Source of the DNA: Bdellovibrionia bacterium
GTDB taxonomy: Bacteria; Bdellovibrionota; Bdellovibrionia; Bdellovibrionales; JAGQZY01
Assembly (NCBI GenBank): GCA_030424665.1
Contig: JAUHWN010000002.1
Coordinates: 7,731-71,730 of the forward strand
Length of the DNA stretch: 64,000 bases
Direction of reading: 5' to 3'
The translations under genes were made by a program, and so were the position numbers. This document shows, one piece after another, positions 36,435 through 45,899 of this stretch (its first letter is position 1; every line of letters begins with the position of its first letter). The notes below the pieces were generated by a model that was not told the DNA's origin, did not search any database, and worked only from the letters and a program-made list of their open reading frames with translations.

Positions 36435-38459
36435 TTACTCAACCAAAGTTTTAGCAGCTCTAACAACCGATTGGTCATCAAGGCCATGTTTTTGATAAAG
36501 TTCAATCGCCGTATAAGAACTCTGACCAAACTGATCGCCCACACCCAAACTTCTTGAACGTGTGGCAATTCCCTCATTATTCAATCGATGAATAAGCATC
36601 GAACCCATTCCTGCAATTGAGCGATGATCCTCAAGAGTAACGAGTCGGCCATCGGTTTTTCTCAAGGCATCTTGAAAACACGAAACATCAGGACGATTAA
36701 TGGTTGAAGGATTTATAACTATAGAGCCCACACCCTCAGCTGCCAAAATTTCAGCCGCACTTATCGCCTGAGGTAGTAACGAGCCGGCCGCGGCAATGGT
36801 TACCGAGCGATCAAATTGATCCGCCCGGTCGATAAGCACCTGAGCTTTTCCGAGTTCATAACTATAGTTTTCATCGAGATAAGTTCTTTGAAAATTCTCT
36901 CTACCTAAAAAGAAAATCTGGCTATGGGGAACTTCACCTTGCCTTCTATCCTCAGCGAATTTTTCAATGGCTTGAGCCATCAAAGCATAGGCCTCTGAAG
37001 AAGAGGTTAAACAATAAACATCAACCTTCGGGATTGCCGAAAGCATTGCAAAGTAACTGAGCGCTTGGTGAGAAGCACCGTCGGCTGCATCTTGAAAGCC
37101 TGTGTGGGAGAAAACTGCGATGACCGGTCCCTCAGAAAGGTTACTCATAATGATTGGCAAACTCCCTTTAGTAACACCGAACTGACTGAAAGTATCGACA
37201 ACAGGAATATAGCCTGCCTTTGACAGTCCAATCCCCATGCTGACCATGTTGGCTTCAGCCACACCTACATCTTGAGAAAATTCAGGAAACTCTTTTCTAA
37301 ATCCGGCCGTACCAGTCGAACCAGCTAAGTCCGAAGATATTGATACTACTGGAAAGCCTTTTTTGCGCATATCTACCATGGCTTGAGTGATTCCCACTTG
37401 AATCTTTTCTTTCGGAATATCGGAAGCCGACGAGGATTTAGGCTTTGCGGATTCCCGCTCCTTGATTTTGCCAATCCAATGACTCATCTCTTCTGGCACA
37501 GCTTGGCCGGAATAAATTTCAGCAAGAAACTGGGTCAGCTCATCGGCCTTCTTTAACGGAAAGCCATGGGCTCCCGAAGCGGATTCTTCTGTGGCTTTCG
37601 TTCCCTTGCCTTTAATCGTCTTTACGTGAAGTGCGACTGGTTTCTTAGGATTAGCCAAGACTTTTTCGTAGGCCTCTTCAATACTGTGGTAACACTTTTC
37701 TAAATTGTGACCTTCATCTACGGTAATTATTTCCCAACCTAAATCCCCGAGTGAAGTGAAACTTCCAGACATTGAAAATGCCTCTTGGTCGATTCGACCA
37801 CTCAATTTTGTATTGTTGTCGCTAATGATACAAATAAATGGCGCTAACTTACCGGCAGCGGCAAGTCCCGGAATTGCAGCAAATGCTTCCTTGGCTTCGC
37901 CTTCCATACATCCACCATCAGAAATAGCGGTGACTGTAACTCTCGGATTTTTAGAAAGAGCATCTGCAAACGCGAGTCCCTGGGCTTGGGGCAGACCAGA
38001 ACCTAATGGGCCATTAGAAACATAAACCCCTTCTGGGTAAGCATCGACTTCACCGTGCCCAGTCAGAGGGCTTTTAATCGACCGAAACTCCATAAGCTGA
38101 TCGATACTCAATCCCCCAAAATTGTAATTCGCTTTGAGAGCGTATATTCCGTTTTCGCAATGTCCGGCATCGTTGACCAAATGAAAATGATCGTACCACT
38201 GACCACCCTTCTCTTTTGAGGTCTTGAAGGCAAAACCGTGGAGAGCTGACATGATTTCTGCAAAGGCAGCCGGTCCACCAAAGTGACTGGCAGCTCCACC
38301 GATTACGGCGGCCATATCCATTAGAGCTACGAGAGCTCGAGTGGCATTGGGGTCAGCAAGAGTAATCTGGTCACCTTTTTTGCTCTTGATTACCTGAGCG
38401 TACTTGGGTTGATTTTCAGGGTTTCCGGCAAGTCTTTGAGGAATTTTCAATCGATCCAT
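36435..38459 (-). CDS. transketolase-family thiamine-diphosphate enzyme (fused N- and C-terminal modules)
   Basis: TPP-binding region SDGGCMEGEAKEA (compare Tkt GDGCLMEG), a Pyr-domain segment VGVAEANMVSMGIGLS, and a C-terminal transketolase-C-like domain. The N-terminal region is divergent. I chose the start at 38459 (MDRLKIPQ) rather than the track start at 38606, which would overlap add. Confidence 0.75.
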   Translation of the reverse strand: MDRLKIPQRLAGNPENQPKYAQVIKSKKGDQITLADPNATRALVALMDMAAVIGGAASHFGGPAAFAEIMSALHGFAFKTSKEKGGQWYDHFHLVNDAGHCENGIYALKANYNFGGLSIDQLMEFRSIKSPLTGHGEVDAYPEGVYVSNGPLGSGLPQAQGLAFADALSKNPRVTVTAISDGGCMEGEAKEAFAAIPGLAAAGKLAPFICIISDNNTKLSGRIDQEAFSMSGSFTSLGDLGWEIITVDEGHNLEKCYHSIEEAYEKVLANPKKPVALHVKTIKGKGTKATEESASGAHGFPLKKADELTQFLAEIYSGQAVPEEMSHWIGKIKERESAKPKSSSASDIPKEKIQVGITQAMVDMRKKGFPVVSISSDLAGSTGTAGFRKEFPEFSQDVGVAEANMVSMGIGLSKAGYIPVVDTFSQFGVTKGSLPIIMSNLSEGPVIAVFSHTGFQDAADGASHQALSYFAMLSAIPKVDVYCLTSSSEAYALMAQAIEKFAEDRRQGEVPHSQIFFLGRENFQRTYLDENYSYELGKAQVLIDRADQFDRSVTIAAAGSLLPQAISAAEILAAEGVGSIVINPSTINRPDVSCFQDALRKTDGRLVTLEDHRSIAGMGSMLIHRLNNEGIATRSRSLGVGDQFGQSSYTAIELYQKHGLDDQSVVRAAKTLVE

Positions 38460-38579
38460 AAGAATGTCCTTTATTGCAAAATCATCTTGATGAACTCTGC
38501 CTTTTTTGTAATTTTGCGTCAAGGTTTTCAAGGGACTTAAAGGCTCTAAAGGAGGAGATCCGTGCAAGAAATCGCGTCG

Positions 38580-39554
38580 ATGGCAAAAGTTGAACTTCAC
38601 CGTCATCTAGAAATGAGTTTTGACTGGAATAGCCTCTATAAAATGGCGCAGGAGGACGGAGAAAAGCAGGATTTTGCCGCCTTCAAAAAGAACCTGATTT
38701 TAGACAGCCCCTCGCAAAATCTAGCCGAAGTTCTCCATAAATTTTTAGACCCATCAAGGATCCTCAATACTCCAGAAAGAATCAGCCAGATCATCAAAGA
38801 GACCTGCGATGAAGCCATCAATCACGGAATCAAACTCCTCGAACTCCGATTTGCACCCACCTTTTTGGCCGACCTCAACGATATGGAAATGGAATCCATT
38901 CTGAAAGGCATCATTGACGGTCTTCCCAAGGACTCTTCAAATATCTCTGTGGGTTTGATTGCTATATTTCAAAGAACGAAGCCCATCAAAGACCTAGAAA
39001 AGGTTTGGGAGTTTATTGAGGCAAATAAAGAAACATTTATAGGCGTCGACCTTGCCGATGACGAGGATAATTACGACAGTCACCTATTTAGTGGTCTTTT
39101 TAAGAAAGTCAGAGATCTGGGCCTTCCAGTAACCATTCATTCGGGCGAAGTGAATTCGCAGGCATCCATTAAAAATATTGGAGACTCAATTGAACTCCTC
39201 GGAGCCCAGAGAATTGGTCACGGGATTCAGGCTATTAAGGATCAAGCCACTATTAATCTTCTCAAGAGAGAAAATATTCACCTTGAGGTTTGCCCTACAA
39301 GCAACTGGATTACTCAAGGTGTGGATGAATTGAAAAACCACCCCATTCGAAAGCTTTACGACGCCGGCATTTCACTTTCAATAAATACCGACGATCCAGC
39401 AGTTTTTGATACTGATATTTTAAAAGAGTACCAAATTTGTCAAAAGTACTTTGGCTTCACTACTGATGAATTTAAGCACATGAATCAACTAGCCTTCGCC
39501 GCGAGCTTCTTACCTGAAAGCGAAAAAAATTGCTTTTCTAAAAGCTTTGATTAG
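38580..39554 (+). CDS. add: adenosine deaminase
   Basis: Metal-binding motifs KVELHRHLE, VTIHSGE, HGI, and SINTDDPAVF. I chose the start at MAKVELH (38580). Confidence 0.85.
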   Translation: MAKVELHRHLEMSFDWNSLYKMAQEDGEKQDFAAFKKNLILDSPSQNLAEVLHKFLDPSRILNTPERISQIIKETCDEAINHGIKLLELRFAPTFLADLNDMEMESILKGIIDGLPKDSSNISVGLIAIFQRTKPIKDLEKVWEFIEANKETFIGVDLADDEDNYDSHLFSGLFKKVRDLGLPVTIHSGEVNSQASIKNIGDSIELLGAQRIGHGIQAIKDQATINLLKRENIHLEVCPTSNWITQGVDELKNHPIRKLYDAGISLSINTDDPAVFDTDILKEYQICQKYFGFTTDEFKHMNQLAFAASFLPESEKNCFSKSFD

Positions 39555-39667
39555 ATAATCTCCCGACCTCCAGCTAGCAGGATTTGACCCGAGAAATATT
39601 CGACGATCTATCTAGACAATTCCCCATAAATTCTGGATGCTATAGGGGTCTTTTAAAGGAGAAATAA

Positions 39668-40264
39668 ATGACAGCCTTAATCGGATTGATTGTGGTAGTG
39701 GTCATCATCGGAATTCTTGCGATGATCGTTATCGGAATTTACAACAAACTTGTTAGATTGAAAAACCAATTTAAAAATGCGTTTGCGCAAATTGATGTGC
39801 AACTAAAAAGAAGATACGATCTCATACCTAACTTAGTAGAAACAGCCAAAGCCTTTATGGCTCACGAACGAGAAACACTCGAGGCCGTTATCCAAGCGCG
39901 AAATGGAGCTGTTAGTGCTCAGCAAAAAATGGCGGGTGATCCTTCCAATCCTTCTGATGTGAAACAACTCATGAATGCTGAAGCGCAACTTGGATCTTCT
40001 ATGGGAAAGCTCTTTGCTCTTTTTGAAAGTTATCCCGATCTTAAGTCGGATTCGAGTATGAATAATCTTATGGAAGAACTGACATCTACTGAAAATAAGA
40101 TTTCATTTGCCCGTCAGGCTTATAACGACAGCGTTATGACATACAATACGCAAAGAGAAACGTTCCCAACTATTATTTTTGCCGGTATGTTTAACTTTCA
40201 AGCGGCACAACTTTTTGAAGTTGATTCTCCCGAAGAACGTCAAGCGGTTAAAGTTTCTTTTTAA
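39668..40264 (+). CDS. lemA: LemA family protein
   Basis: N-terminal TM followed by the LemA signature KRRYDLIPNLVETAK...YPDLKS...YN. RBS AAAGGAG lies upstream. Confidence 0.9.
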   Translation: MTALIGLIVVVVIIGILAMIVIGIYNKLVRLKNQFKNAFAQIDVQLKRRYDLIPNLVETAKAFMAHERETLEAVIQARNGAVSAQQKMAGDPSNPSDVKQLMNAEAQLGSSMGKLFALFESYPDLKSDSSMNNLMEELTSTENKISFARQAYNDSVMTYNTQRETFPTIIFAGMFNFQAAQLFEVDSPEERQAVKVSF

Positions 40265-40270
40265 TTCGCT

Positions 40271-42169
40271 ATGCAGTTTTTTGAAGAACAACGAAAAGCA
40301 AAGGTTAATACCAAAAAGTTGGTGGCCTATTTTATAATGGCCATTATCGGTATGTGCGTTACCGTTAGCCTCGTTGTTCATCTTTTGTTTCAGTACATGC
40401 TCAATTCTCAAGGCAATATAGACCCCATTCAAACTCCACTAGAGTTCATATTGGGTGCCAATATAGTAACATTAATTGTGATTATTGGTGGATCACTGTA
40501 CAAGACGTCTCAGCTGCGACAAGGGGGACCTGCCGTGGCGGAGTCCATGGGAGCCGTCAATGCCCTTCTCCTTAGAAAAGACCCCTTGGTTAAACGCTAT
40601 CTCAATGTCGTTGAAGAAATGGCTATTGCATCGGGCACACCAATTCCAGATGCCTACGTCATTGAAAATGAACTCGGGATTAATGCCTTTGCCGCCGGTT
40701 ACGACCTTGATCACGCCGTCGTTGCGGTCACCCGGGGCTGCCTTGAAAAATTAACCCGTGATGAACTCCAGGGCGTCGTCGCCCATGAATTCAGTCACAT
40801 TCTCAATGGCGACATGAGAATTAATATTAAATTGATTGGAGTTCTCCACGGTATACTCATAATTTCACTTCTTGGTGAACTTATGCTTCGCTCGATGGGT
40901 CGCTCCAGAAGCTCCAGTAAAGATAGCGGCCAGGGAAAACTTGCAATACTTGCGATTGGCCTGACATTACTTATTATTGGTTACCTTGGGTTTTTTGTCG
41001 GCCGACTGATAAAAGCGGCCGTCAGTCGACAACGGGAATTTCTTGCCGATGCATCGGCAGTTCAATTCACTCGAAACCCACACGGAATCGGTGGTGCCCT
41101 ATTGCGAATTCGCGGTAATACAGAACATGGAATTATCGACAACAATAAAGCTGAAGAAATGTCGCACATGTTCTTTGACTCTGCCGTAAAATTTAAATTT
41201 TTCTCAGGCATGCTAGCAACTCACCCTAGCCTCGAAAAGAGAATCGCTAATATTGACCCCAATCTCTTTAAAATGAAACTTCCTGAAGTCAATAACTCCA
41301 AACCTCAAGACCAGGAAACCGTAACCTCTGAAAAAACTGATGATCCAATAAACAAAAAGATAGGCTCTATAGACCCCAAAGATCTAATGGTGGCCCAAAC
41401 TATTCTAACCGCTATGGGAGTTGAAGCCTCTGAGGTAAAGGATGATCCTCAATCAGAAACTTTAGATCTGGATTCCCTTTTGGAACTGGCCGAAATAAGA
41501 CTCTACCTTATTTTGAATAATTTCGACGAAAACTCTAATAATATCAATTTTGCTTTAAAAGATTTTTCTGAAGAACTCGTAATCCAGTGTAAAACACAAA
41601 TTGAACCTCTTGAATCAATCGCAGAAATGCTCGCTCTTGTTGAAATATGCCTTAGAGACTTAAGAATGGGAGAAGATTCCCGCAAAACTAAAATTTTAAA
41701 AGTAATTAAAGCACTTATTATGAGAGATCAAAATATTAGTAGCTTAGAACTTTGCATTTACGTACTCGTTCACAACTCTTTTCGACCCAGCAATGATCAA
41801 TTTAATAAAGGACAAAAATCCTTAAAGGGTAGTAAATCGAGTATTGCGTTGGTTTTGCATTTTCTATCTTTAGAATCAGAAAATCCGAAACTCGCCTTTG
41901 AGAAAGCCAGTCGGGAAATCTACGGCGAAATTATTAGTCATCCCGGCGACGGGCTCTTAATTTTCGATTATCTCTTCGATGCATTTCAGAGACTCGCTAA
42001 ACTTGATCCTCAAGGAAAAGAAAAGCTTCTCGAGGGGCTTATGAGTTGTGTCTACGCTGATGAAGAAGTTAAAGAGGAAGAAATAGAACTCGTTCGAGTT
42101 GTATTGAAGAGCTTACAAATACCGGCCCCCATTCAGTATTCTCATCACTTTCAAACTGAAGAAATCTAA
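40271..42169 (+). CDS. M48-family zinc metallopeptidase (HtpX-like) with a ~300-aa C-terminal extension
   Basis: HEFSHILNGD (HExxH), a downstream Glu in REFLAD, and ATHPSLEKRI. TM segments flank the catalytic domain. It lies 6 nt after lemA. Confidence 0.8.
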   Translation: MQFFEEQRKAKVNTKKLVAYFIMAIIGMCVTVSLVVHLLFQYMLNSQGNIDPIQTPLEFILGANIVTLIVIIGGSLYKTSQLRQGGPAVAESMGAVNALLLRKDPLVKRYLNVVEEMAIASGTPIPDAYVIENELGINAFAAGYDLDHAVVAVTRGCLEKLTRDELQGVVAHEFSHILNGDMRINIKLIGVLHGILIISLLGELMLRSMGRSRSSSKDSGQGKLAILAIGLTLLIIGYLGFFVGRLIKAAVSRQREFLADASAVQFTRNPHGIGGALLRIRGNTEHGIIDNNKAEEMSHMFFDSAVKFKFFSGMLATHPSLEKRIANIDPNLFKMKLPEVNNSKPQDQETVTSEKTDDPINKKIGSIDPKDLMVAQTILTAMGVEASEVKDDPQSETLDLDSLLELAEIRLYLILNNFDENSNNINFALKDFSEELVIQCKTQIEPLESIAEMLALVEICLRDLRMGEDSRKTKILKVIKALIMRDQNISSLELCIYVLVHNSFRPSNDQFNKGQKSLKGSKSSIALVLHFLSLESENPKLAFEKASREIYGEIISHPGDGLLIFDYLFDAFQRLAKLDPQGKEKLLEGLMSCVYADEEVKEEEIELVRVVLKSLQIPAPIQYSHHFQTEEI

Positions 42170-42816
42170 GCCTGGTCATTCACGGACGTGATCTGACCCA
42201 TCTCAATACGGCATACCCTTGTAGCCAATTCGTCTATGTCTTCAGAATCATGGGTGATCATAAACACAGGAATCGGTTTTTCTTGCAAAAGACTATTCAA
42301 AAGCCTACGAGCTTCTAAGCGCAAATCTCGGTCTAAAGCAGAAAATGGCTCATCAAGTAATAAAATTCTCGGTTGAGAAATCAAGGCGCGTGCCAAAGCG
42401 ACTCTTTGACTTTCTCCCCCTGATAGCAAATGAGCCTTTCTATTTAAAAAACGATTCATCTCCAAAACCTCTGATAGATGTTCGAGGTCTTTATTTGCCA
42501 CCTCTTGGCTGATACTTCTAGCTTTGGCTGCAAACATAATATTATCTTTAGCCGTCATATGTGGAAAGAGATCTAGACTTTGAAAAACCACTCCAAGCCT
42601 TCTCTCTCCCGGACTCAGCTGATCGAGACGTTCACCCTGAAACTCCCATTCGAGACTCGGGCAATCAATCAATCCACAGAGAGTTCTAAAAACCGTAGTT
42701 TTACCTGAGCCCGATGCTCCCCAAAGGGCTGTCACCCCTTGATCAAGTAATTCTAGCTCGCCAATGTCGATACTAAATTCTTCGAATTTAAGAAATAAGT
42801 TTTTTATGGTAGACAT
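42166..42816 (-). CDS. ABC transporter ATP-binding protein, ThiQ-like (short, no C-terminal regulatory domain)
   Basis: Walker A GASGSGKTT, signature LSGGESQRVALARAL, and Walker B LLLDEPFSALD. At 216 aa it fits ThiQ rather than the longer FbpC/PotA types. Confidence 0.7.
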   Translation of the reverse strand: MSTIKNLFLKFEEFSIDIGELELLDQGVTALWGASGSGKTTVFRTLCGLIDCPSLEWEFQGERLDQLSPGERRLGVVFQSLDLFPHMTAKDNIMFAAKARSISQEVANKDLEHLSEVLEMNRFLNRKAHLLSGGESQRVALARALISQPRILLLDEPFSALDRDLRLEARRLLNSLLQEKPIPVFMITHDSEDIDELATRVCRIEMGQITSVNDQA

Positions 42817-44245
42817 AGCCTATTCCAGAAAATAACGCGAAAGTCAGAATTCCACAAATCAATAAAAGCCATAGTAATAAAACGGCCAACTCTAGGCGAT
42901 AGGAAGTCATTAGAGCTTGAATGACCAGAGCAACAGTATGGGAGCGGTCAGCAACAATACTCGATAAAGCGAAATCACCCCAAGCCCAAAACGATGCAAT
43001 TCCTGAAAGAAAACAAGCCGAAAAGAAACTCTGTGGAAAAATAATTCGCTTGAAGACTTCAGCGTCACTCGCTCCTAAGAGAACGGCCACTTCTCTCTGT
43101 CTCTCCAACGAATATATCGTATTAGCAAATTGGAGCCGTATGAGTGCTGGAACTGATATGAGACTGATACCCAGGATCATTCGAATGAGTGAACTCACTT
43201 CCCCTTGAGGTCCAAAGATTAAAAAGGCAAAACCACAAATAACAGTGCTCGGAGCGGCATAACTTAGGATTATTTTTTTTAAGGTGCCTCTATAGAAAAC
43301 AAAAGCAATAAGATTAAACAAAAGAAATGAAAACAGTCCCGTTCCTATCGCTACAACAAGCGAGTTTAAAATTTGTCCCGGGAGCTCAGCCCTAAGAAGA
43401 TCCAAACGCAAGAACTGCTTCATTCCCATACTAAATGAACCAAATAAACCGATAATAATAATCAAAGCCGGAATCAAAGCAATGGGAATCCCAATACGAC
43501 TCGAAAGGTATTGATTTCTTCTAAAGCTTTCTTTAGTTGCTTCTATTTTCTGCGGTATAAAATAGCAAAGCACAAAAATACTAATGGCTTGGAGAAGTGC
43601 TAAGAAACTCGCCTTAGCCCAGTCCCCTTCTAGTCGAATCTGTTCAAAAATTAATACCTCAATGGTTGTAAATTGACTTCCACCCACGACTAATGGAATC
43701 GCGAAACTCGAATAACAAATTGCAAAAACAAAAAGGCCAACCATGGCCAAATCACCAAATATGGTTTGCAGCCCCCCTCGAAATAAAAACTGTGCGCGAC
43801 TCGCACCAAAAAGAGCCGAAACCTCAGAAAGCCCTGATAGTTTATTTGAGACAATTTTCTGAATACTCAAAGCAACAATGCCTAAATTCATTAGAGTATG
43901 CAGAAGTAGAATTCCCGTGAAGCCAAACGGAAATGGATCGATCACCTTTAGAGACGCGAGAATCACCATAATCACGGGTACTACATTTGGTAAAAGACAA
44001 GAGGGCCTTAAAATCCACTTATAAAAAACGGGATATCGATTTGCTGAATAGATTAAGCCTAAGGCCGCAATAAAGCCAAGAACCAAACTTGCGAGCGAGC
44101 TAAGAAAAGCTTGTAATAAAGTAAAAGCAAAAACATTTATATCATTATAGGATATATCAAAACTCAGTCCCTGACCGTGAAAGAAACTCAGGGCATAAGG
44201 TGAAAATATGATGATTATGACTAAGAGGCCAAGGGCACGTCTCAT
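42788..44245 (-). CDS. ABC transporter permease with duplicated permease domain (ThiP/FbpB-like)
   Basis: 485-aa polytopic protein with two tandem six-TM-like halves. It overlaps the ATPase gene by 29 nt and abuts the binding-protein gene. Confidence 0.7.
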   Translation of the reverse strand: MRRALGLLVIIIIFSPYALSFFHGQGLSFDISYNDINVFAFTLLQAFLSSLASLVLGFIAALGLIYSANRYPVFYKWILRPSCLLPNVVPVIMVILASLKVIDPFPFGFTGILLLHTLMNLGIVALSIQKIVSNKLSGLSEVSALFGASRAQFLFRGGLQTIFGDLAMVGLFVFAICYSSFAIPLVVGGSQFTTIEVLIFEQIRLEGDWAKASFLALLQAISIFVLCYFIPQKIEATKESFRRNQYLSSRIGIPIALIPALIIIIGLFGSFSMGMKQFLRLDLLRAELPGQILNSLVVAIGTGLFSFLLFNLIAFVFYRGTLKKIILSYAAPSTVICGFAFLIFGPQGEVSSLIRMILGISLISVPALIRLQFANTIYSLERQREVAVLLGASDAEVFKRIIFPQSFFSACFLSGIASFWAWGDFALSSIVADRSHTVALVIQALMTSYRLELAVLLLWLLLICGILTFALFSGIGYVYHKKLIS

Positions 44246-45292
44246 CTAAAGACCTAGCTTCTTCCATCTTTCGAGGAGCGAGCGTCGATCTCTCGTCAAG
44301 GATTGTGCGCTAAAAGGTATTAAGCGAACTTTAGGAATATTGGCAAATTCAGTTCCCTGCTCGATCTGATCGACCACTGGAAGCATATAGTTTTTCGCCA
44401 TAATTATTTTTTGAATCTCTGGCCTCAATAAAAAGTTGACGAAAGCCTCTGCTAAATCACAATTTTTGCACTTTTCAGGAATTCCAACGTATTCAACTTG
44501 ATAGGGGTGACCATCTTCAAAAATAGCCGCCCTATAATCACCACTTTCTTCTTCGATCATATGATAAATCGGTGAAGTTAAATACGAAAAAGTCAGCTTC
44601 GCCTGCCCCCGTTTAAAAAGTCCGTAGGAGGTAGACCACGAAGTCGATATAGAATGAATAGACTCACTCAGGTTTCCCAAGAAACTAAAGCCAGCATCAA
44701 TTCCCTTTTCAGAGAGTATCCAATACAAAAATTGAAGGCCCGGTGTACTCGTTCTTGGATCTTGAAGAGAAATTGTCCCTTGGTATTTTTTTGATAATAA
44801 CTCCTCTAAACTCTTTGGAGGGTCGAGCTGCCCCTTTTTATAAACAAAGGCTAGTGGTCCCCAATCAAAGGGCACAAAATCTCTTTGTAAAGCGTCCTTG
44901 GGCAGTCTTTTGTGCCATAGAATTTCTGGGTACGAAAAATTCCTCCACTCGAGAACCTCTCTGGCTCCATCAATAGTCAGTTGATCGAGACCTAAGACAA
45001 CATCAACGGACTGATTAGCATTTTGAAATCGCAGTCGCTCAATGATTAGACCCGCATCTCCAGCATTGATCCATTGTAATTTAACACCGTACTCTTTTTC
45101 AAAAATTTTTCCGACTGCCGGGCCAGGCCCCCAACTGCTTACAAAAGAACCGTAGGATATAATAGTTAAGTCAGCATTTGAGTTTTCAGAGCCTGATTCA
45201 GAAGTCCAATATATGAGTAAACCCAAACTAATCGGTAACAGGGCAAATAGAATTGCGAAGGTGCTTGTTTTTTGCTTTTCCATTACCACCAA
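44246..45292 (-). CDS. periplasmic substrate-binding protein, thiamine (ThiB/TbpA)-like or iron(III)-like
   Basis: 348 aa with a signal/anchor segment. It has the family-1 SBP layout next to the ThiP/ThiQ-like genes. The thiamine assignment is inferred from operon composition only. Confidence 0.6.
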   Translation of the reverse strand: MVVMEKQKTSTFAILFALLPISLGLLIYWTSESGSENSNADLTIISYGSFVSSWGPGPAVGKIFEKEYGVKLQWINAGDAGLIIERLRFQNANQSVDVVLGLDQLTIDGAREVLEWRNFSYPEILWHKRLPKDALQRDFVPFDWGPLAFVYKKGQLDPPKSLEELLSKKYQGTISLQDPRTSTPGLQFLYWILSEKGIDAGFSFLGNLSESIHSISTSWSTSYGLFKRGQAKLTFSYLTSPIYHMIEEESGDYRAAIFEDGHPYQVEYVGIPEKCKNCDLAEAFVNFLLRPEIQKIIMAKNYMLPVVDQIEQGTEFANIPKVRLIPFSAQSLTRDRRSLLERWKKLGL

Positions 45293-45765
45293 ATGCCTCT
45301 TCGACTTCTATAGAAATAGTAGTCAAAACCTAAACACCGACCTGCACCGACAGCAAAAAGAACTAAGTTGATAATAAATAGATTGAAATAATAGTCAGTA
45401 GCCGTGGCCCCTAAAGCCCACATAAGATTGATTGCCAGAAAGCTTGCAAACAACGAAAAAGGTCGAACTAAGTAGCCCAATAGAAAACTAACACCTATCA
45501 AAAACTCAGACGAAATAAGTAAATAGGTGAAAAACTGCCAGTTCTCCTGGACTATTCCCTCCAAAAAACTCTTATACCAATCGGGAGAATTACTCGTTGG
45601 CATACCTAGACGTATGCTTTCATTAATATAGGCATTAGAAAAGTACCCATCTTTATAGCGCTGAATGGCTACATTGATGTACTGATATCCGATAAAGATT
45701 CTAAATAGAGCAAGGGGCCATAAATGCCCGACATATTTGAAGCTTTCTACAAACGCTAGGACCAT
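45283..45765 (-). CDS. DoxX-family membrane protein
   Basis: Four hydrophobic segments, LFRIFIGYQY near the N-terminus, and a C-terminal GAGRCLGFD resembling the DoxX GAGxxSLD motif. It overlaps the binding-protein gene by 10 nt. Confidence 0.6.
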   Translation of the reverse strand: MVLAFVESFKYVGHLWPLALFRIFIGYQYINVAIQRYKDGYFSNAYINESIRLGMPTSNSPDWYKSFLEGIVQENWQFFTYLLISSEFLIGVSFLLGYLVRPFSLFASFLAINLMWALGATATDYYFNLFIINLVLFAVGAGRCLGFDYYFYRSRRGIWW

Positions 45766-45899
45766 GAATCATTGTTGAAATTTATGAGATTACTGTCAAA
45801 TAGCAAAACTATCTGGTCCTTAGACTAAGGGTCCTGTTTTGAAGTTCAAGACCTGAGAAATTCGCCAACAAATTATAAAATAAGGCTTAGGAGTGAACC

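Noticed and set aside
45766-45899. A possible TPP (THI-box) riboswitch upstream of the ThiBPQ-like operon.
   Set aside because: No GGGGUGC, CUGAGA or ACCUGAUCUGGAUAAUGCCAGCG-like core occurs on the operon (minus) strand. A lone CTGAGA is on the wrong strand. This needs Infernal confirmation.
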